DNA of 64,000 nt from an uncultured Planctomycetia bacterium (GCA_964570585.1 CAZMYR010000003.1:22749-86748); one strand, 5' to 3'. Positions 18,993-33,049 are shown, counted from the first letter of the stretch. The notes: generated by a model from the sequence alone, not told the origin. Translations and numbers: made by a program.

Positions 18993-21053
18993 CTAGAATA
19001 TCTTCTCCATCACGTGTTTGGGAACCTGTTCATAATAAGCAGGTTCCATGGTATAAGTCGCTCTACCCTTGGTAAGATTTCTTAATGCTGTTGCATAGCC
19101 GAACATCTCTGCCAATGGCGCATCCCCTTTTATAACTTTGATATTCCCGCGTTGTTTAATAGATTCAATCCTGCCTCTTCTGGAGTTAAAATCTCCTATA
19201 ACATCTCCCAAATATTCTTCAGGAAGAGCTATCTCTAATTTCATAAATGGTTCTAATAATACAGAATTTCCTTTTCCTAAAGCATCCGAAAGGCCTATTG
19301 AAGCTGCGGTCCTAAACGCTAATTCAGAAGAATCGACTTCGTGAAATGAGCCATCAATCAATCTTACGGATATATCCGTGACAGGATAACCTGCAACAAC
19401 TCCGCTCCTGGATGCTTGCATAATACCTTCTTTTACTGCCGGTATAAATTCTTTCGGTATAACCCCTCCTTTTATTCTACTGGCAAAAGTAACACCTGAA
19501 CCTTTTTCTGCCGGCTCTGCATCAAGTACCACATGAGCGTATTGACCTCTTCCTCCGGTCTGTTGAATAAATTTCGCAGTTGCGCTGGCATGTTTAGTTA
19601 ATGTCTCTTTATAAGCAACCTGGGGCCTGCCTACATTTGCAACCACATTAAACTCTCTAAGCATCCTATCTACTACAACCTCGAGATGTAATTCTCCCAT
19701 ACCCGATATGATCGTCTGCCCTGTATTTTCATCATGTCTTACTTTAAATGAAGGGTCCTCGTCTTGAAATTTCTTTAATGCCAGGGCCAATTTTTCCCGG
19801 TCAGTATTAGACTTTGGCTCTATGGCTAAAAATATGACCGGCTCAGGAAATTGCATACTCTCTAATATAATGGGATGCCTTTCATTGCATATAGTATCGC
19901 CGGTCTTTGTCTCGCGCAGACCAACTGCCGCCGCTATATCGCCGGCATAAACTTCGGGAATTATCCGCTGTTTATCAGCGTGCATTTTTACAATTTTGCC
20001 TACTCTTTCCTTGATTTCTTTCGATGAATTATATATATAACTGCCGGACTTTAATCTGCCGGAATAAACTCTAAAAAATGTCAATTTACCAACAAAAGGA
20101 TCGCTCATTATCTTAAAAATGAGTGCTGAGAATGGCTCATTATTGTCTGGTTTTCTCGAAATCTCTTTGTTTGTTCTTGGTTCAAACCCTTTAATAGGCG
20201 GCACTTCTAAAGGGCTGGGCAGAAAATCACAGATAGCATCAAGTAATGGCTGCACCCCTTTATTTCTTAATGCCGCTCCACAGGTAATTGGAATAAACTT
20301 CGCTTTAATGGTTGATTTACGTATCGCGGCTCTTAATTCATCCGGTGTTATCTCTTCATCATGGATGAACTTTGCCATAATTTCATCGTCTGTATCAGCC
20401 ACTGATTCTATTAGTCTGTGTCTATATTCTTCTACTTTAGATTCCAGCCCATCCGGAATTTTGCCTGATTTATAATTCAGGCCTTCCTCATCTTCATATA
20501 CTATTGCATTCATATTTATAAGGTCTATTATTCCGTTAAAATTTGATTCAACTCCTAAGGGTAATTGAATAGCGGCTGCATTCGCACCTAATCTTTCCCT
20601 TATCTGTTTTACGACCCTAAAGAAATCACTGCCTATTCTGTCCATTTTGTTTATGAAACATATCCTGGGAATTCTATAATAGTCTGCCTGCCGCCAGACT
20701 GTCTCACTTTGTGATTCAACCCCACCTACTCCACAAAATATAACTACCCCTGCGTCCAATACTCGTAGGGAGCGCTCTACCTCAACCGTAAAGTCTACAT
20801 GACCGGGAGTATCCAGTATATTTATGGTGTAATCTTTCCATATACAGGTGGTGCTAGCAGATGTAATGGTTATGCCCCTTTCCTGCTCTTGAGCCATCCA
20901 GTCCATAGTTGCAGTACCTTCGTCTACCTCGCCTAACTTATACACCCTGCCCGTATAATACAGCATTCTTTCAGTAGTGGTAGTTTTACCGGCATCAATG
21001 TGAGCAATGATACCAATGTTTCTTAGTTTTTCTAAATTAGATCTTTTTCTCAT
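18993..21053 (-). CDS. fusA: Elongation factor G
   Basis: [32 protein letters not shown]. Confidence 0.99.
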   Translation of the reverse strand: MRKRSNLEKLRNIGIIAHIDAGKTTTTERMLYYTGRVYKLGEVDEGTATMDWMAQEQERGITITSASTTCIWKDYTINILDTPGHVDFTVEVERSLRVLDAGVVIFCGVGGVESQSETVWRQADYYRIPRICFINKMDRIGSDFFRVVKQIRERLGANAAAIQLPLGVESNFNGIIDLINMNAIVYEDEEGLNYKSGKIPDGLESKVEEYRHRLIESVADTDDEIMAKFIHDEEITPDELRAAIRKSTIKAKFIPITCGAALRNKGVQPLLDAICDFLPSPLEVPPIKGFEPRTNKEISRKPDNNEPFSALIFKIMSDPFVGKLTFFRVYSGRLKSGSYIYNSSKEIKERVGKIVKMHADKQRIIPEVYAGDIAAAVGLRETKTGDTICNERHPIILESMQFPEPVIFLAIEPKSNTDREKLALALKKFQDEDPSFKVRHDENTGQTIISGMGELHLEVVVDRMLREFNVVANVGRPQVAYKETLTKHASATAKFIQQTGGRGQYAHVVLDAEPAEKGSGVTFASRIKGGVIPKEFIPAVKEGIMQASRSGVVAGYPVTDISVRLIDGSFHEVDSSELAFRTAASIGLSDALGKGNSVLLEPFMKLEIALPEEYLGDVIGDFNSRRGRIESIKQRGNIKVIKGDAPLAEMFGYATALRNLTKGRATYTMEPAYYEQVPKHVMEKIF

Positions 21054-21060
21054 ATGTAAT

Positions 21061-21104
21061 TAACTTTTTTAACTTTTTAAACTTTTAGAACCTTTTAAAC
21101 TGTT
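21061..21104. repeat. 9-nt tandem array (aacttttt family)
   Basis: aactttttt aacttttta aacttttag aacctttta aactgtttt. Confidence 0.75.
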
Positions 21105-21106
21105 TT

Positions 21107-21577
21107 TCACCATCGAAAATGCGCAAATGCTCTATTTGCTTCTGCCATCTTATGGGTGTCCTGTCTCTTCTTTATTGCAGCGCCCTGATTCTGATAAGCC
21201 TGCAGAATCTCATCGGCTAAACGTTCTTTCATCGGTTTGCCTTTTTTTGCTTTTGCAAAATTGCGTATCCACCTGAGCGCAACTGCAGTACCCCGGTCAG
21301 TTTTAACCTCTACAGGTATCTGATACGTTGCACCCCCTACTCGTCTGGGTTTAAGTCCGACTCTAGGCCTGGCATTTTCTATAGCTTTCTTGAAAATCTC
21401 TAAAGGGTTATCTTTACCTGATCTTTTTTCGATTATATCAAAAGCCCCATAAACTATTTTCTCAGACGTAGATTTTTTCCCTTTTAACATTACTATATTT
21501 ATAAACTTCGAAACCAGTTTTGAATTATATTTAGGGTCAGCTATTATATCTCTTTTTGGCGCTCTTCTCCGCCTCAT
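21107..21577 (-). CDS. rpsG: 30S ribosomal protein S7
   Basis: [26 protein letters not shown]. Confidence 0.99.
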   Translation of the reverse strand: MRRRRAPKRDIIADPKYNSKLVSKFINIVMLKGKKSTSEKIVYGAFDIIEKRSGKDNPLEIFKKAIENARPRVGLKPRRVGGATYQIPVEVKTDRGTAVALRWIRNFAKAKKGKPMKERLADEILQAYQNQGAAIKKRQDTHKMAEANRAFAHFRW

Positions 21578-22008
21578 TTTTCTCCTTCTGGCACAGGTTC
21601 TGGTCTCGCTGCGGCAGCGGCTGCTGGGGCAACTACCCCTTTGCCTCTTTTTGAACCATATTTAGACCTGCTCTTTGTCCTATTGGCTACACCCTGTGTA
21701 TCCAGTGTACCTCTCACTATATGATATCTTACCCCGGGTAAGTCCTTGACTCTACCGCCTTTCACCAATACGATTGAATGCTCCTGCAAATTATGGCCTT
21801 CACCCGGAATATAGGCCGTAACAACTATGCCATTTGTAAGCCTTACCCTGGCTATCTTTCTTAGAGCAGAGTTTGGTTTTTTAGGCGTTTGGGTTTTAAC
21901 CTGTAAACAAACTCCTCTTTTCTGCGGGCAATTTCGTAAGGCCCTGGATTTACTTTTGCTTCTTATTTTTTTTCTTCCTTTTCTTACAAGTTGATTTATG
22001 GTCGGCAT
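21574..22008 (-). CDS. rpsL: 30S ribosomal protein S12
   Basis: [28 protein letters not shown]. Confidence 0.99.
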   Translation of the reverse strand: MPTINQLVRKGRKKIRSKSKSRALRNCPQKRGVCLQVKTQTPKKPNSALRKIARVRLTNGIVVTAYIPGEGHNLQEHSIVLVKGGRVKDLPGVRYHIVRGTLDTQGVANRTKSRSKYGSKRGKGVVAPAAAAAARPEPVPEGEK

Positions 22009-22034
22009 GTTACTAACTCCTTGAAATACTTGTT

Positions 22035-22078
22035 CGTTATTGCGTTATTGCGTATTGCGACGTACGACGTACGACGAA
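22035..22078. repeat. 8-nt plus 7-nt tandem array
   Basis: cgttattg x2 then cgacgta units; cgacgta is the reverse complement of the units at 54475-54538. Confidence 0.7.
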
Positions 22079-22083
22079 ACATG

Positions 22084-25000
22084 CTATTTCTTTCTTTTTA
22101 CCTTTACCTTTACCTTTGCCTTCCCCTTCTTTTTCACTGAAGATTTGGCTTTCTCTTTTTTTGCCCTTGTTGGCTTTACCGGTCTTTCTTCTTCCCCAAG
22201 GGCTGGAACCTTAACTATTTCAATGTCACGATGGGTTTTAAAACCTGTGCCAGCCGGAATAAGATGTCCCATAATGACGTTCTCTTTTAATCCGTAAAGT
22301 TGGTCTGTTTTCCCTTCGGCTGCGGCTTCTGTTAATATTCTTGTTGTCTCTTGAAAACTGGCTGCAGAAATAAAACTCTGGGTGCTCAACGACGCCTTGG
22401 TAATACCTAACAATACCTGGGTGGCACTGGCGGGTTTACCTTTTTTCTTTAACGCTCTTTGATTTTCTTCATTAAATATTTCCTTATCAGCATGTGAACC
22501 TATTAGCAAATTTGTATCACCGGGATCTTCAATCCTTACCTTCTTAAGCATCTGGCGTGTTATTATCTCGATATGCTTATCATTAATCTTAACCCCCTGC
22601 AGCCTGTAGACCTCCTGGACTTCGTTTACCAGATACTCCTGCAAGGCCTTATCCCCTGAAACCCTTAAAATATCCTGCGGCACTACCGGGCCATCAACTA
22701 ATTGTTGTCCGGCATAGACCTTATCCCCCTTGTATACATTTAGATGTTTACCATGTGGTATTAAATATTCCTTCTTCATCCCTGTAGGGCTTTTTACAAC
22801 TAAAATTCTTTGCCCTTTCTTTGAACCACCAAACTCAACCGTACCGTCTATTTCACTAATAATAGCCGGGTCTTTGGGGCGGCGAGCTTCGAAAAGTTCA
22901 GCCACTCTTGGTAATCCACCGGTGATATCCTTTGTCTTTGTAATTACCCTTGGAATCTTAGCCAATAAATCACCCGCTTTTACTAATCTACCATTTTTAA
23001 CCAGAATATGGGCCCCTGCAGGAATCGGGTATATCGCCAATACCTCCTTCTTCTCATTCTGAATAATTAACTGAGGGTGATATTCTCCTTTGTGTTCAAC
23101 GATGACCGTATCGATGAGTTTAGTTTGCGGATTTATCTCTACTCGCATAGTAACACCTTCTCTAATATCCTCAAATCTAACCCCGCCGCTGACCTCGGTA
23201 ATAATAGGTGACATATAGGGATCCCACTGAACAAAGATTTTTCCCTTTTCTACTCTTGCCCCTTCTTCAACTTTTATGACTGCCCCATGCGGGACGGCAT
23301 AACGTTCAAACTCTCTGCCCGAGGCGTCGTTAATGGATACCTGGCCATTTCGATTAAGGACTATAATCTCTTTGGCCTCTTCTTTCTTTACTGTTTTTAA
23401 ACCATGGTATTTTATTATTCCATCGTTTTTGGCTTTTATATTGGACTGTTCAATTATTCTGCTGGCGGTGCCTCCGATGTGAAAAGTTCTCATAGTAAGC
23501 TGTGTGCCAGGCTCGCCTATAGATTGTGCAGCTATTATTCCCACTGCCTCGCCCAACTCAACTAACCTACCTGTTGCTAAATTTCTGCCATAGCATTTAG
23601 CGCAAACACCTTTTTTAGCCTCGCAGGTTAAAACACTTCTTATTCTAATCTTTTCAATACCAGCCTGTTCAATCTTCGCTGCCTTTTCTTCATCAATCTC
23701 TTCGCCGGCTTTTAGCAATAACTCATCAGTTATAACATCAACTATATTATCTAATGCAATTCTGCCGATTATTCTTTCTTTTAAAGGAACTACAACCTCA
23801 TCCCCTTCTATTATTGCGCTGGTTAGAATACCGTTTAATGTTTTGCAGTCTCCTTCTGTCACAATAACATCCTGGGCTACATCCACTAACCTTCTGGTTA
23901 AATAACCTGAATCTGCTGTCTTAAGCGCGGTATCTGCTAAGCCTTTTCTGGCTCCGTGGGTCGAAATAAAATATTCCAGCACTGTTAATCCCTCTCGAAA
24001 ACTTGCTATTATTGGATTTTCGATGATTTCACCGGACGGTTTTGCCATTAGCCCACGCATACCGGCTAACTGTCTTATTTGTTGTTTTGAACCGCGCGCA
24101 CCGGAATCGGCCATCATATATATAGGATTAAATTCCCCCAAACCTTTTAGTACCTTTTCTGAAACTGTATCGGTTGCGTGAGTCCAGATATCTATAATTT
24201 TATTATATCTTTCTCTATCAGTAATAAAACCTCTTTTATATTGAAATTCTACATCTTTTACTTCATCGTATGCGGTTTTTATAATCTTCTCCTTTTCCTT
24301 GCTCAGGACCAGATCGTCCATTGATATGGAAAGACCTGCTAATGTTGCCCATTCAAAACCCATCTCTTTTAAATCGTCTAAAAGCTGCGTAGTTCTCGAA
24401 TGTCCAAATTTGCTATAACACTCGGTTATAATTTCTTGGATTTTTGACTTATCCAGGCATTCATTTACAAAACGAAAATCTCTCGGTAGTATCTCGTTAA
24501 ACAAGACTCTGCCGGTTGTCGTTTTTATTAATTCATCTTTAATTTTTAATTTTATACTTTCATGTATCGATATCACTTTGTCGCTAAAAGCTACTGTTAC
24601 TTCGTCTTTTGAAGAAAAAGTCCTTATCTGCTCCTTTGGTTTCTCTTCTCGCTTTGTGATAAAATAGAGTCCTAAAACAATATCTTGAGTCGGCGTTGTT
24701 ATAGGATTACCGTTAGCCGGCGAAAATATATTGTTGGACGAGAGCATAAGTATCTTAGATTCTATCTGGGCTTCGGTTGAAAGCGGGACATGAACAGCCA
24801 TCTGGTCTCCGTCAAAATCTGCGTTAAAGGCAGTGCAAACTAAAGGATGTATCTTTATGGACTTGCCTTCTATTAATAAAGGCTGAAAAGCCTGAATCCC
24901 CAGACGATGCAAAGTGGGAGCGCGATTTAAAAGAACGGGATGGTCTTTGACAACCTCATCTAATATATCCCAGACTTCTAACTCTGCCTTCTCAACCATA

Positions 25001-26169
25001 CGTTTTGCGCTTTTTATAGTATGCACAAAACCTTTTTCTCTAAGCTTTTTTATAATGAAGGGCTCGAAAAGTTCCAATGCCATCTTTTTTGGCAGGCCAC
25101 ATTGATATAATTTAAGTTTCGGCCCAACTACTATTACAGATCTGCCGGAATAATCTACTCTTTTGCCTAAAAGGTTCTGTCTGAACCGGCCTTGCTTACC
25201 TTTTAGCATATCACTCAATGATTTAAGGGGGCGGTTTCCTGGACCAAGCACTGCCCTGCCGTGTCTTCCATTATCAAATAGCGCATCCACTGCTTCCTGA
25301 AGCATCCTTTTCTCATTTCTAATAATGACCTCCGGCGCTTTTAATTCTATTAATTTTTTAAGTCTGTTATTCCTATTTATTACTCTCCTGTAAAGGTCGT
25401 TTAAATCACTTGTGGCAAATCTACCTCCTTCAAGCGGCACAAGCGGCCTTAAATCCGGTGGAATTACCGGGATAATATCCATAATCATCCATTCAGGCTT
25501 ATTGCCACTGGTCTTAAAAGCTTCGATTAATTTAAGAGTTTTAGCCAGTCGCTTTTTGGACTGAGCGCTTTTGGTTTCTTTTAGGTCTTCTCTCAATTTG
25601 GCTGTCATTTTTGAAAAATCAACTTCAGTAAGCAATTTCCTAATGGCTTCTGCACCCATCCGGGCTCTGAAACCCACGCCATATTTCTCTTTGTACTGTC
25701 TATACTTATCTTCTGTAAGAAGGTCTTTCTTTTTAAGGGGCGTTTCTCCTGGATCTAATATTATATATTCTTCATAATACAGGACCTTTTCCAATTGCCT
25801 TAAAGTTAAGCCTAATACAGTCCCTATTCTAGAAGGGCTTACTTTAAAAAACCATATATGGGATACCGGCGTTGCCAATTCAATATGACCCATACGTTCT
25901 CGTCTGACTCTCGAAAGTGTAACTTCTACTCCGCAACGGTCACATACAATGCCCTTATGCTTTATTCTTTTGTATTTACCGCAGCTACATTCCCAATCAC
26001 GGGTAGGCCCGAATATCCTTTCGCAAAACAGGCCATCCTTTTCAGGCTTTAAGGTCCTGTAATTTATCGTTTCAGGTTTTTTAACTTCACCATGGGACCA
26101 GTGCTTTATTGTTTCCGGTGAAGCTATGTTTATTGAAATTCTATCAAAATGGTCTTTATGTTCTATCAT
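22084..26169 (-). CDS. rpoC: RNA polymerase beta' subunit
   Basis: [11 protein letters not shown] active site, [17 protein letters not shown]. Confidence 0.99.
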   Translation of the reverse strand: MIEHKDHFDRISINIASPETIKHWSHGEVKKPETINYRTLKPEKDGLFCERIFGPTRDWECSCGKYKRIKHKGIVCDRCGVEVTLSRVRRERMGHIELATPVSHIWFFKVSPSRIGTVLGLTLRQLEKVLYYEEYIILDPGETPLKKKDLLTEDKYRQYKEKYGVGFRARMGAEAIRKLLTEVDFSKMTAKLREDLKETKSAQSKKRLAKTLKLIEAFKTSGNKPEWMIMDIIPVIPPDLRPLVPLEGGRFATSDLNDLYRRVINRNNRLKKLIELKAPEVIIRNEKRMLQEAVDALFDNGRHGRAVLGPGNRPLKSLSDMLKGKQGRFRQNLLGKRVDYSGRSVIVVGPKLKLYQCGLPKKMALELFEPFIIKKLREKGFVHTIKSAKRMVEKAELEVWDILDEVVKDHPVLLNRAPTLHRLGIQAFQPLLIEGKSIKIHPLVCTAFNADFDGDQMAVHVPLSTEAQIESKILMLSSNNIFSPANGNPITTPTQDIVLGLYFITKREEKPKEQIRTFSSKDEVTVAFSDKVISIHESIKLKIKDELIKTTTGRVLFNEILPRDFRFVNECLDKSKIQEIITECYSKFGHSRTTQLLDDLKEMGFEWATLAGLSISMDDLVLSKEKEKIIKTAYDEVKDVEFQYKRGFITDRERYNKIIDIWTHATDTVSEKVLKGLGEFNPIYMMADSGARGSKQQIRQLAGMRGLMAKPSGEIIENPIIASFREGLTVLEYFISTHGARKGLADTALKTADSGYLTRRLVDVAQDVIVTEGDCKTLNGILTSAIIEGDEVVVPLKERIIGRIALDNIVDVITDELLLKAGEEIDEEKAAKIEQAGIEKIRIRSVLTCEAKKGVCAKCYGRNLATGRLVELGEAVGIIAAQSIGEPGTQLTMRTFHIGGTASRIIEQSNIKAKNDGIIKYHGLKTVKKEEAKEIIVLNRNGQVSINDASGREFERYAVPHGAVIKVEEGARVEKGKIFVQWDPYMSPIITEVSGGVRFEDIREGVTMRVEINPQTKLIDTVIVEHKGEYHPQLIIQNEKKEVLAIYPIPAGAHILVKNGRLVKAGDLLAKIPRVITKTKDITGGLPRVAELFEARRPKDPAIISEIDGTVEFGGSKKGQRILVVKSPTGMKKEYLIPHGKHLNVYKGDKVYAGQQLVDGPVVPQDILRVSGDKALQEYLVNEVQEVYRLQGVKINDKHIEIITRQMLKKVRIEDPGDTNLLIGSHADKEIFNEENQRALKKKGKPASATQVLLGITKASLSTQSFISAASFQETTRILTEAAAEGKTDQLYGLKENVIMGHLIPAGTGFKTHRDIEIVKVPALGEEERPVKPTRAKKEKAKSSVKKKGKAKVKVKVKRKK

Positions 26170-26184
26170 GGGGTAACCTATTCC

Positions 26185-26224
26185 AACCTACGCGGTGCTA
26201 ACATAGTTAGCATTGCGTAGGTTT
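26185..26224. repeat. Intergenic hairpin between rpoB and rpoC
   Basis: aacctacgcggtgctaac-ata-gttagcattgcgtaggtt. Confidence 0.65.
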
Positions 26225-26225
26225 A

Positions 26226-29200
26226 TCATAAACTTTTCTCCGATCTTTCAGCCCTTATGTCTAATCCTAGACTTTGCAGTTCCTTTAATAAGACATTAAA
26301 AGATTCAGGAGTCCCCGGCTGTAAGGCATGTTCACCCTTTACTATTGACTCATAAACTTTGGTTCTGCCGGTGACATCATCACTTTTCACTGTAAGCAAT
26401 TCCTGTAGAGTATGCGAAGCGCCATATGCTTCTAATGCCCATACCTCCATTTCGCCCAATCTCTGTCCGCCAAATTGAGCCTTCCCCCCTAATGGTTGCT
26501 GGGTCACTAAAGAATATGGACCGATTGAACGAGCGTGTATCTTATCATCGACTAAATGTATAAGTTTCATCATATAGATATATCCGACTGTCACCTTCTG
26601 CTCGAATTGCTCGCCTGTAAAACCATCGTGCAAGGTTATTTTGCCATCCTTTGGTAAACCCGCCTTATGCATAGATTCTTTGATCTCTTCTTCAGAAGCT
26701 CCATCAAATACAGGGCTTATCACCTTAAATCCCAATACCTTTGCAGCCCAACCTAAATGGGTTTCTAATATCTGTCCTACATTCATACGAGAAGGAACTC
26801 CTAAGGGATTTAAGACTAAATCGACAGGGGTGCCATCCGGCATATAAGGCATATCTTCTTCAGGAAGTATCTTGGCAACCACACCTTTGTTGCCATGGCG
26901 GCCTGCAATCTTATCTCCGACTGAAATCCTCCTTTTGCTGGCAACATTTACTATGACTTTCTTAAGTATACCTGGTGGAAGTTCGTCTCCTCTTTTTATC
27001 TTATCGATTTCTCTATCTTGTTCATAGGTTAGTTCCTCAATCTGCTCATCGAAAACTCCCATCGCTCTTTCAATCTCTTCTTCTAGTTGTCGATTTTCAT
27101 CGGCTAAACGCAAAGTGGATATATCGCATTTTGTCAGCTTTTTTATATCACGTGACCTTACCACTTTGCCTGCCGGAACTAATACCTCGGCTGTCTGCTC
27201 ATCGAGTAAACTTGCGGTTATTTTTCGGCCTACAAGTAGTTTTGCTAATTTTTGTAGTTTTTCCTTTCGTAAATTTTCTATTTGGGATGTATAAAATTTC
27301 TTTATCTCATCAATCTGGTCTAATTCTTTCTTTAGTTCTTCTTTGCTTTTCGGTTTTCGAGTCTTTCTGGAGAAGATTTTAACATCAACTACAATCCCCT
27401 CTACTCCCGGTGGAACCACTAAAGATGCGTCCCGGACATCGCCGGCCTTCTCGCCAAATATTGCCCGCAATAACTTCTCTTCAGGAGAAAGCTCGGTTTC
27501 GCTCTTTGGCGATACTTTACCCACTAATATATCTCCAGCTGTTACTTCTGCTCCTATTCTGACGATACCATCCTCACCAAGATTGCCTAGTGCCTCTTCA
27601 GCAACATTGGGTATATCTCTGGTTATTTCTTCAGGCCCTAATCTGGTATCCCTGGCCTCAATGTCAAATTCTTCTATATGCACAGAAGTATAAACATCCT
27701 CTTTTACAACTTTTTCACTTATTAATATAGCATCTTCGAAGTTATAGCCGCGCCAGGGCATAAAAGCTACTAATATGTTACGCCCTAATCCTAATTCGCC
27801 ATCTTTAGTCGAAAAACCATCTGCGATTACATCTCCCTTTTTAACCTTTTGGCCAATTTTTACAATAGGCCTTTGATTGACACAGGTAGATGCATTTGAT
27901 CTTCTAAATTTCTTTAACTTATATTCAATCTGGCCGATTTTTATCATATCAGACTGGACATGTTTAACTTTACCATCTGCCTTGGTAGTTATTACAGCGC
28001 CTGAATCATATGCACACTTTCCTTCTATGCCTGTGCCCACTAATGGCGCTTCGGGATAGAGTAAGGGAACCGCCTGCCTTTGCATATTAGATCCCATTAA
28101 TGCTCTGTTTGCATCGTCGTGTTCTAAGAATGGTATAAGGCTGGCTGCAATGCTTACTAACTGAGCTGGCGAAACATCCATGTATTGAACATCTTTACCA
28201 GGAGCCATTAAAAAGTTGTTCTTGTATCTGCAAAACACTATTTTATCAAGGAACCAGCCGGATTTGTCAACCTTCGAATTTGCCTGAGCTATATAATACT
28301 TATCCTCAACATCAGCAGATAAATACTCAATTTTATCTGTTACTCTTGAGTTTTCTACTTTGCGATAAGGGGTCTCTATAAAACCAAATTCATTGATGCG
28401 AGCGTATGTGCTTAATGAAGCAATAAGGCCTATGTTAGGGCCTTCAGGGGTTTCTATCGGGCAAATTCTACCATAATGAGAATAATGCACATCTCTAACT
28501 TGAAAACCTGCTCTTTCTCTTGAAAGCCCTCCCGGGCCCAATGCAGAAACTCTTCTTTTGTGGGTCATTTCTGCTAATGGATTAGTTTGATCCATAAACT
28601 GTGAGAGCTGGCTCCTGCCAAAAAAATCCCTAACCATTGCAGAGACTATCTTGGAGTTAATCAGATTATATGGCAGTACAGTTTCTAATTCATAAATAGA
28701 GAGTCTTTCTCTTGCCGCACGTTCCATTCTGGCTAATGCTATCCTAAATTGATTCTGCAAAAGTTCTCCAACAGTACGCACCCTTCTATTGCCTAAATGG
28801 TCTATATCATCAGGGGGGGCTTCTACCTGCTTGCGCCTTATAAGTTCCCTCATAGTTATTAATATGGTCTGAAGGTCAATTATTCGTTTTGACAAAGGAA
28901 CTTTCATATTTAGCTTTCTATTTAAAATATAACGACCAACCCGACCTAAATCATATCTTCTTGCGTCAAAGAACAACCTGTTAATCAATGCTGTCGCGCT
29001 TTCAATGGTAGCTGGATCGCCGGGACGCAGTTTCCTGTATATATCCAAAAGCGCATCTTCCTTAGATTTGGTATGATCCCTGTGTAAAGTGTCCATAATC
29101 TCTTTAACCGGTCTTTCTATAACCTTAATCGATTTTATTTTATGATGTTCGAGTCTATGAACAGACTCTGTGGTAATTTTCTCACGCTTTGGCAAAATTA

Positions 29201-29930
29201 TTATATCTGTCCCTTCTTCTACTATATCTGCGGCAGTATAGAGTCCTATCAGCTTTTTAATATCTTCTTTTTTAGGCGATCTTATTTCTTTTATACCCCC
29301 AAATTCTCTTAAAATATCTTCGTCTTTAGATAATCCCATCGCTCTTAGCAATGTGGTGGCTAAAATTTTTCTGCGCCTATCTATAACAACATGGAGAACG
29401 CCATATGCATCGAATCCAAATTCAATCCACGCACCCCGATAAGGGATTATTCGGGTAGAATATAACTTTTTGCCGCTTGGGTGTAATTCGTACTCAAAAG
29501 ATACACCCGGAGAACGATGCAACTGACTTACAACTACTCGCTCTTCGCCATTTATGAGGAAAGTTCCGACAGGGGTCATAAGTGGTAATTCTCCTATATA
29601 GACCTCTTGCTCTTTTATCTCTCTTTTTCCCCTTAAGCGCACCTTTATCTTCAAGATAGCGGCATAGGTCATCCCTCTACTTTTGCATTCATCGATATTA
29701 TATTTAGGTTTGCTTAAGGTGTAATTAACAAATTCCAGTCTGTATTCTCCGTCATAACTCTCAATAGGAAATATTTCTTCAAATGCCTGCTGCAGGCCCT
29801 GGTGTTTGCGTTTCATTTTTGCAACATCCTGCTGTAAAAATTCTCTATATGAGTTAATTTGAACACCTAATAGATGTGGTATTCTGTATACTTGTTTGAG
29901 CTTGGAAAAATCTTTCCTTTTTATAGACAT
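26226..29930 (-). CDS. rpoB: RNA polymerase beta subunit
   Basis: [36 protein letters not shown]. Confidence 0.99.
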   Translation of the reverse strand: MSIKRKDFSKLKQVYRIPHLLGVQINSYREFLQQDVAKMKRKHQGLQQAFEEIFPIESYDGEYRLEFVNYTLSKPKYNIDECKSRGMTYAAILKIKVRLRGKREIKEQEVYIGELPLMTPVGTFLINGEERVVVSQLHRSPGVSFEYELHPSGKKLYSTRIIPYRGAWIEFGFDAYGVLHVVIDRRRKILATTLLRAMGLSKDEDILREFGGIKEIRSPKKEDIKKLIGLYTAADIVEEGTDIIILPKREKITTESVHRLEHHKIKSIKVIERPVKEIMDTLHRDHTKSKEDALLDIYRKLRPGDPATIESATALINRLFFDARRYDLGRVGRYILNRKLNMKVPLSKRIIDLQTILITMRELIRRKQVEAPPDDIDHLGNRRVRTVGELLQNQFRIALARMERAARERLSIYELETVLPYNLINSKIVSAMVRDFFGRSQLSQFMDQTNPLAEMTHKRRVSALGPGGLSRERAGFQVRDVHYSHYGRICPIETPEGPNIGLIASLSTYARINEFGFIETPYRKVENSRVTDKIEYLSADVEDKYYIAQANSKVDKSGWFLDKIVFCRYKNNFLMAPGKDVQYMDVSPAQLVSIAASLIPFLEHDDANRALMGSNMQRQAVPLLYPEAPLVGTGIEGKCAYDSGAVITTKADGKVKHVQSDMIKIGQIEYKLKKFRRSNASTCVNQRPIVKIGQKVKKGDVIADGFSTKDGELGLGRNILVAFMPWRGYNFEDAILISEKVVKEDVYTSVHIEEFDIEARDTRLGPEEITRDIPNVAEEALGNLGEDGIVRIGAEVTAGDILVGKVSPKSETELSPEEKLLRAIFGEKAGDVRDASLVVPPGVEGIVVDVKIFSRKTRKPKSKEELKKELDQIDEIKKFYTSQIENLRKEKLQKLAKLLVGRKITASLLDEQTAEVLVPAGKVVRSRDIKKLTKCDISTLRLADENRQLEEEIERAMGVFDEQIEELTYEQDREIDKIKRGDELPPGILKKVIVNVASKRRISVGDKIAGRHGNKGVVAKILPEEDMPYMPDGTPVDLVLNPLGVPSRMNVGQILETHLGWAAKVLGFKVISPVFDGASEEEIKESMHKAGLPKDGKITLHDGFTGEQFEQKVTVGYIYMMKLIHLVDDKIHARSIGPYSLVTQQPLGGKAQFGGQRLGEMEVWALEAYGASHTLQELLTVKSDDVTGRTKVYESIVKGEHALQPGTPESFNVLLKELQSLGLDIRAERSEKSL

Positions 29931-29950
29931 GTTTCTCTCGCTTTAGGAAT

Positions 29951-29981
29951 GCACCGTTTGGAATCCCAAACGGTGCTTTCT
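29951..29981. repeat. Family C minimal element
   Basis: gcaccgtttgg-aatc-ccaaacggtgc-tttct directly after the rplL stop. Confidence 0.8.
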
Positions 29982-30482
29982 TTATTTCAAAGTTACCTTC
30001 GCGCCGACTGCCTCTAATTTCTTCTTTATGTCTTCTGCTTCCTCTTTCGTCGCATTTTCCTTAACTATTTTAGGAGCAGAATCGACAAGATCTTTTGCCT
30101 CTTTAAGGCCGAGGGTAGTCACTGTACGAATTTCTTTTATGACCTGAATTTTGTTCGCGCCTATCTCAGACAGTTCAACATTAAAAGCGACCTTTTCTTC
30201 TTCCTCTTCTGCCGCTGCTCCAGGAGCAACTGCACCAGCAGCAAATACAGCAGGAGCTGCTGCTTGAACACCAAATTTCTCCTCTAAGACTTTTACAAGT
30301 TTTGATAACTCTAGAACAGACATACCTTCAATACTCTTAACTAATTTCTCTTGTTCTTTAGTCATCTCTGTTTCTTTTGTTTCGCTTGCAGTTTTTGCAG
30401 ATTTCTCACTTTTTTCTTCTGCTGGTTGTTTCTTTTTTTCTTCGACTGCCTTAGCCTCTTGTTTTTTTGCCTCTTCAGCCAT
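29982..30482 (-). CDS. rplL: 50S ribosomal protein L7/L12 (charged N-terminal extension; start uncertain)
   Basis: [26 protein letters not shown]. Confidence 0.97.
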   Translation of the reverse strand: MAEEAKKQEAKAVEEKKKQPAEEKSEKSAKTASETKETEMTKEQEKLVKSIEGMSVLELSKLVKVLEEKFGVQAAAPAVFAAGAVAPGAAAEEEEEKVAFNVELSEIGANKIQVIKEIRTVTTLGLKEAKDLVDSAPKIVKENATKEEAEDIKKKLEAVGAKVTLK

Positions 30483-30483
30483 T

Positions 30484-31032
30484 TTATTTTCCTCCCCTTT
30501 GTTCTTTTTTATCTTTTATTGCATTTATCGCATAAACAAACTTTCTTATAATTCCAGATAATACTCCTACCATACCCATTATCGGGCTATTGAGCGAAGA
30601 AGCGAGTCTGGCCAATAATATTTCTCTAGATGGTATAGCGGCTATCTCTTTTATTGTGTTTACAGGAACCACTTTTCCTTCTATGCAGGCTCCTTTGAGT
30701 TTAAATTGTTTATTTTCTTTAGTGAAATTTACCAAGATTTTAGATGCCATTACAGGATCTTTTGAATTATAACTAATTCCACATGCGCCTTTAATAAGAT
30801 CCCTGATCATATCTAAGTTAATCTTTTCTAATGCCATTATGCACATAGAATTTTTAACCACCATATAATTACTAGATGCTTTCTTTAGTTTGCCTCTCAA
30901 TTCCTCCATTTGTTTATTAGAAAGATTACCGCACTCAGTCACAAATAGGTTGGTAGCGCCTTGTAAACGGGCAGCAATCTGATCTATCATATGTTGTTTT
31001 AATAGCCTTCCGGGCTTTAGGTGTTCTTCCAT
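30484..31032 (-). CDS. rplJ: 50S ribosomal protein L10
   Basis: [20 protein letters not shown]; lies between rplA and rplL. Confidence 0.95.
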   Translation of the reverse strand: MEEHLKPGRLLKQHMIDQIAARLQGATNLFVTECGNLSNKQMEELRGKLKKASSNYMVVKNSMCIMALEKINLDMIRDLIKGACGISYNSKDPVMASKILVNFTKENKQFKLKGACIEGKVVPVNTIKEIAAIPSREILLARLASSLNSPIMGMVGVLSGIIRKFVYAINAIKDKKEQRGGK

Positions 31033-31728
31033 TTATTTATACTCCGATGCATCTAATTTCACTCCGGGACCCATCGTTGTGGATAAATTGATACTTTTTA
31101 TAAATTGACCTTTCACAGAAGAGGGCCCGTTCTGCTTAACCGCTTGAATAAGTGAACGTATATTTTCACAAATAGCTTTTTCGTTAAAAGATATTTTAGA
31201 GACTGCCATATTTATACAGGCAGTTTTGTCCATTTTAAACTCAATCTTGCCTTTTTTGGCCTCTTTTACTGCATTTGCTACATCATTTGTTACTGTTCCT
31301 GCTTTTGAAGTTGGCATAAGACCGCGGGGTCCCAAAATTTTACCTAGCCTCGCTAAATCCTTCATCATCTCCGGAGTGGCTACAGCTATATTAAAATCCA
31401 AAAACCCTGTGTTTACCTTTTGAATAAGATCAGCGTCTCCGACATAATCGGCTCCTGCATCCTTTGCAGCCTGAGCATCCTTCTCTTTGCAGAAAACAGC
31501 TACCTTTACAGTTTTTCCTGCACCATGCGGCAAAATTACAGTACCTCTTACAGGTTGTGGTTTTTCTTTTAAATCCAGGCTTAATTTGATTGAAATCTCA
31601 ACGCTCTGGTCAAACTTCGGTTGTGGTACTTTTTTTAATATGTCCACAGCTTCCTGCAAGTTATGTAACTTTGATGGATCTACTAAACTTTTGGCCGCTT
31701 TCATTCTCTTACTTATCGTTGTGGTCAT
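31033..31728 (-). CDS. rplA: 50S ribosomal protein L1
   Basis: KFDQSVE, LPHGAG, LGPRGLMP, TMGPG. Confidence 0.98.
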   Translation of the reverse strand: MTTTISKRMKAAKSLVDPSKLHNLQEAVDILKKVPQPKFDQSVEISIKLSLDLKEKPQPVRGTVILPHGAGKTVKVAVFCKEKDAQAAKDAGADYVGDADLIQKVNTGFLDFNIAVATPEMMKDLARLGKILGPRGLMPTSKAGTVTNDVANAVKEAKKGKIEFKMDKTACINMAVSKISFNEKAICENIRSLIQAVKQNGPSSVKGQFIKSINLSTTMGPGVKLDASEYK

Positions 31729-31738
31729 TTTGGTATAT

Positions 31739-31776
31739 GCACCGTGCTACTTTGCTTTCCCAAACGGTGCTATTCT
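31739..31776. repeat. Family C internally deleted element
   Basis: gcaccgt-gctactttgctttcccaaacggtgc-tattct overlapping the rplK stop. Confidence 0.78.
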
Positions 31777-32215
31777 AATTTTTTATGTCTATTCCCATGC
31801 TGCGGGCTGTACCTTCAATAATTTTAATCGCTTCTTCAATATTATTGGTGTTTAAATCCGTCAATTTTTCTTTCGCAATATCTCTAACCTGTTCCTTTGT
31901 TATCATGGCTATCTTTTCTTTATTTGGCACGCCCGAAGCCTTTGCAATATTAGCTGCCCTTTTTAACAAAATTGAAGACGGTGGGCTTTTTACCACAAAT
32001 GAAAAAGTCCTATCTTCATAAACATCTATGACAACGGGCAGTATCAGACCTTCCTTGTTCTTTGTCTGTTCATTGAAAGTTTTGCAAAATTCCATTATAT
32101 TTATTCCATGTTGACCTAAGGCCGGCCCAACCGGTGGAGCGGGATTAGCCGTTCCTGCAGGACAATATAACTTTATTTGAGCTTTAATGGGTTTTTTTCT
32201 CTTTTTCTTTTTCAT
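31775..32215 (-). CDS. rplK: 50S ribosomal protein L11
   Basis: [22 protein letters not shown]. Confidence 0.99.
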   Translation of the reverse strand: MKKKKRKKPIKAQIKLYCPAGTANPAPPVGPALGQHGINIMEFCKTFNEQTKNKEGLILPVVIDVYEDRTFSFVVKSPPSSILLKRAANIAKASGVPNKEKIAMITKEQVRDIAKEKLTDLNTNNIEEAIKIIEGTARSMGIDIKN

Positions 32216-32742
32216 AATTTCTCAATCTGCCAGCATTCAAGTTCAACAGGTGTCGGACGTCCAAATATCATTACCGCGACCTTAACTTTTCCTTTTTCAG
32301 GACTGACTTCATCGATAGCCCCGTTAAAATTTATGAATGGGCCATCTATTATTTTTACCCCCTCGCCTTTTTCGAACGTTATCTTAGGAGTAGGCCTCTC
32401 CTTTTTTTCCTCAGTTTGCTTAATGATATTGGCAATCTCTTCATCCAGCAACGGTGTCGGCTTTGTTCCAGAACTCACGAAATCTGTAACACCGATAATA
32501 TTTTTAACTAAGTACCAGATGTCATCGGTCAATTCTATTTCCGCTAATATATAACCCGGGAAAAATTTTCGCTCCGATATTTTCTTTTTGCCGCCTTTTA
32601 CCTCAGAAATTACCTCGGTAGGTATCAAAATCTGCGATACTTTATCCTGGAGATTCTTAAGTTTACTCTGATTTAACAACCTTTTTTTGACTTTTTCCTC
32701 TTCACCGGTCAGGGTATGTATAACGTACCATTTTTTTTCCAT
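32212..32742 (-). CDS. nusG: Transcription antitermination factor NusG
   Basis: [26 protein letters not shown]. Confidence 0.98.
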   Translation of the reverse strand: MEKKWYVIHTLTGEEEKVKKRLLNQSKLKNLQDKVSQILIPTEVISEVKGGKKKISERKFFPGYILAEIELTDDIWYLVKNIIGVTDFVSSGTKPTPLLDEEIANIIKQTEEKKERPTPKITFEKGEGVKIIDGPFINFNGAIDEVSPEKGKVKVAVMIFGRPTPVELECWQIEKL

Positions 32743-32751
32743 TTAAAGGGC

Positions 32752-32937
32752 CTATCTTATCATAATTTGCATGGCTTTCGAAAATATAAAATCACAAATG
32801 CCTATAAACAACGCTAATATCATTACACTTAATATAACCACTACGGTAGAACCTAACAGTTCATTTTTGTCCGGCCAGCTAACCTTTTTTAACTCTACTT
32901 TAACCTCTTTTAAAAAATTTATTGCTTTTACGAACAT
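32752..32937 (-). CDS. secE: Preprotein translocase SecE
   Basis: ELKKVSWP plus one TM helix, upstream of nusG. Confidence 0.96.
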   Translation of the reverse strand: MFVKAINFLKEVKVELKKVSWPDKNELLGSTVVVILSVMILALFIGICDFIFSKAMQIMIR

Positions 32938-32960
32938 ATAAATTTTACTTCGTAAAATTT

Positions 32961-33026
32961 AGTCATAAGTCGTAAGATGTAAGTTTTAAGTACTTCTTAC
33001 TACTTACTACTTATGACTTACAACTA
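32961..33026. repeat. 7-nt tandem array with inverted arms
   Basis: gtcataa gtcgtaa gatgtaa gttttaa ... cttacta cttacta cttatga cttacaa. Confidence 0.8.
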
Positions 33027-33049
33027 TGAATTCCGTAAAGCGGAATTCA

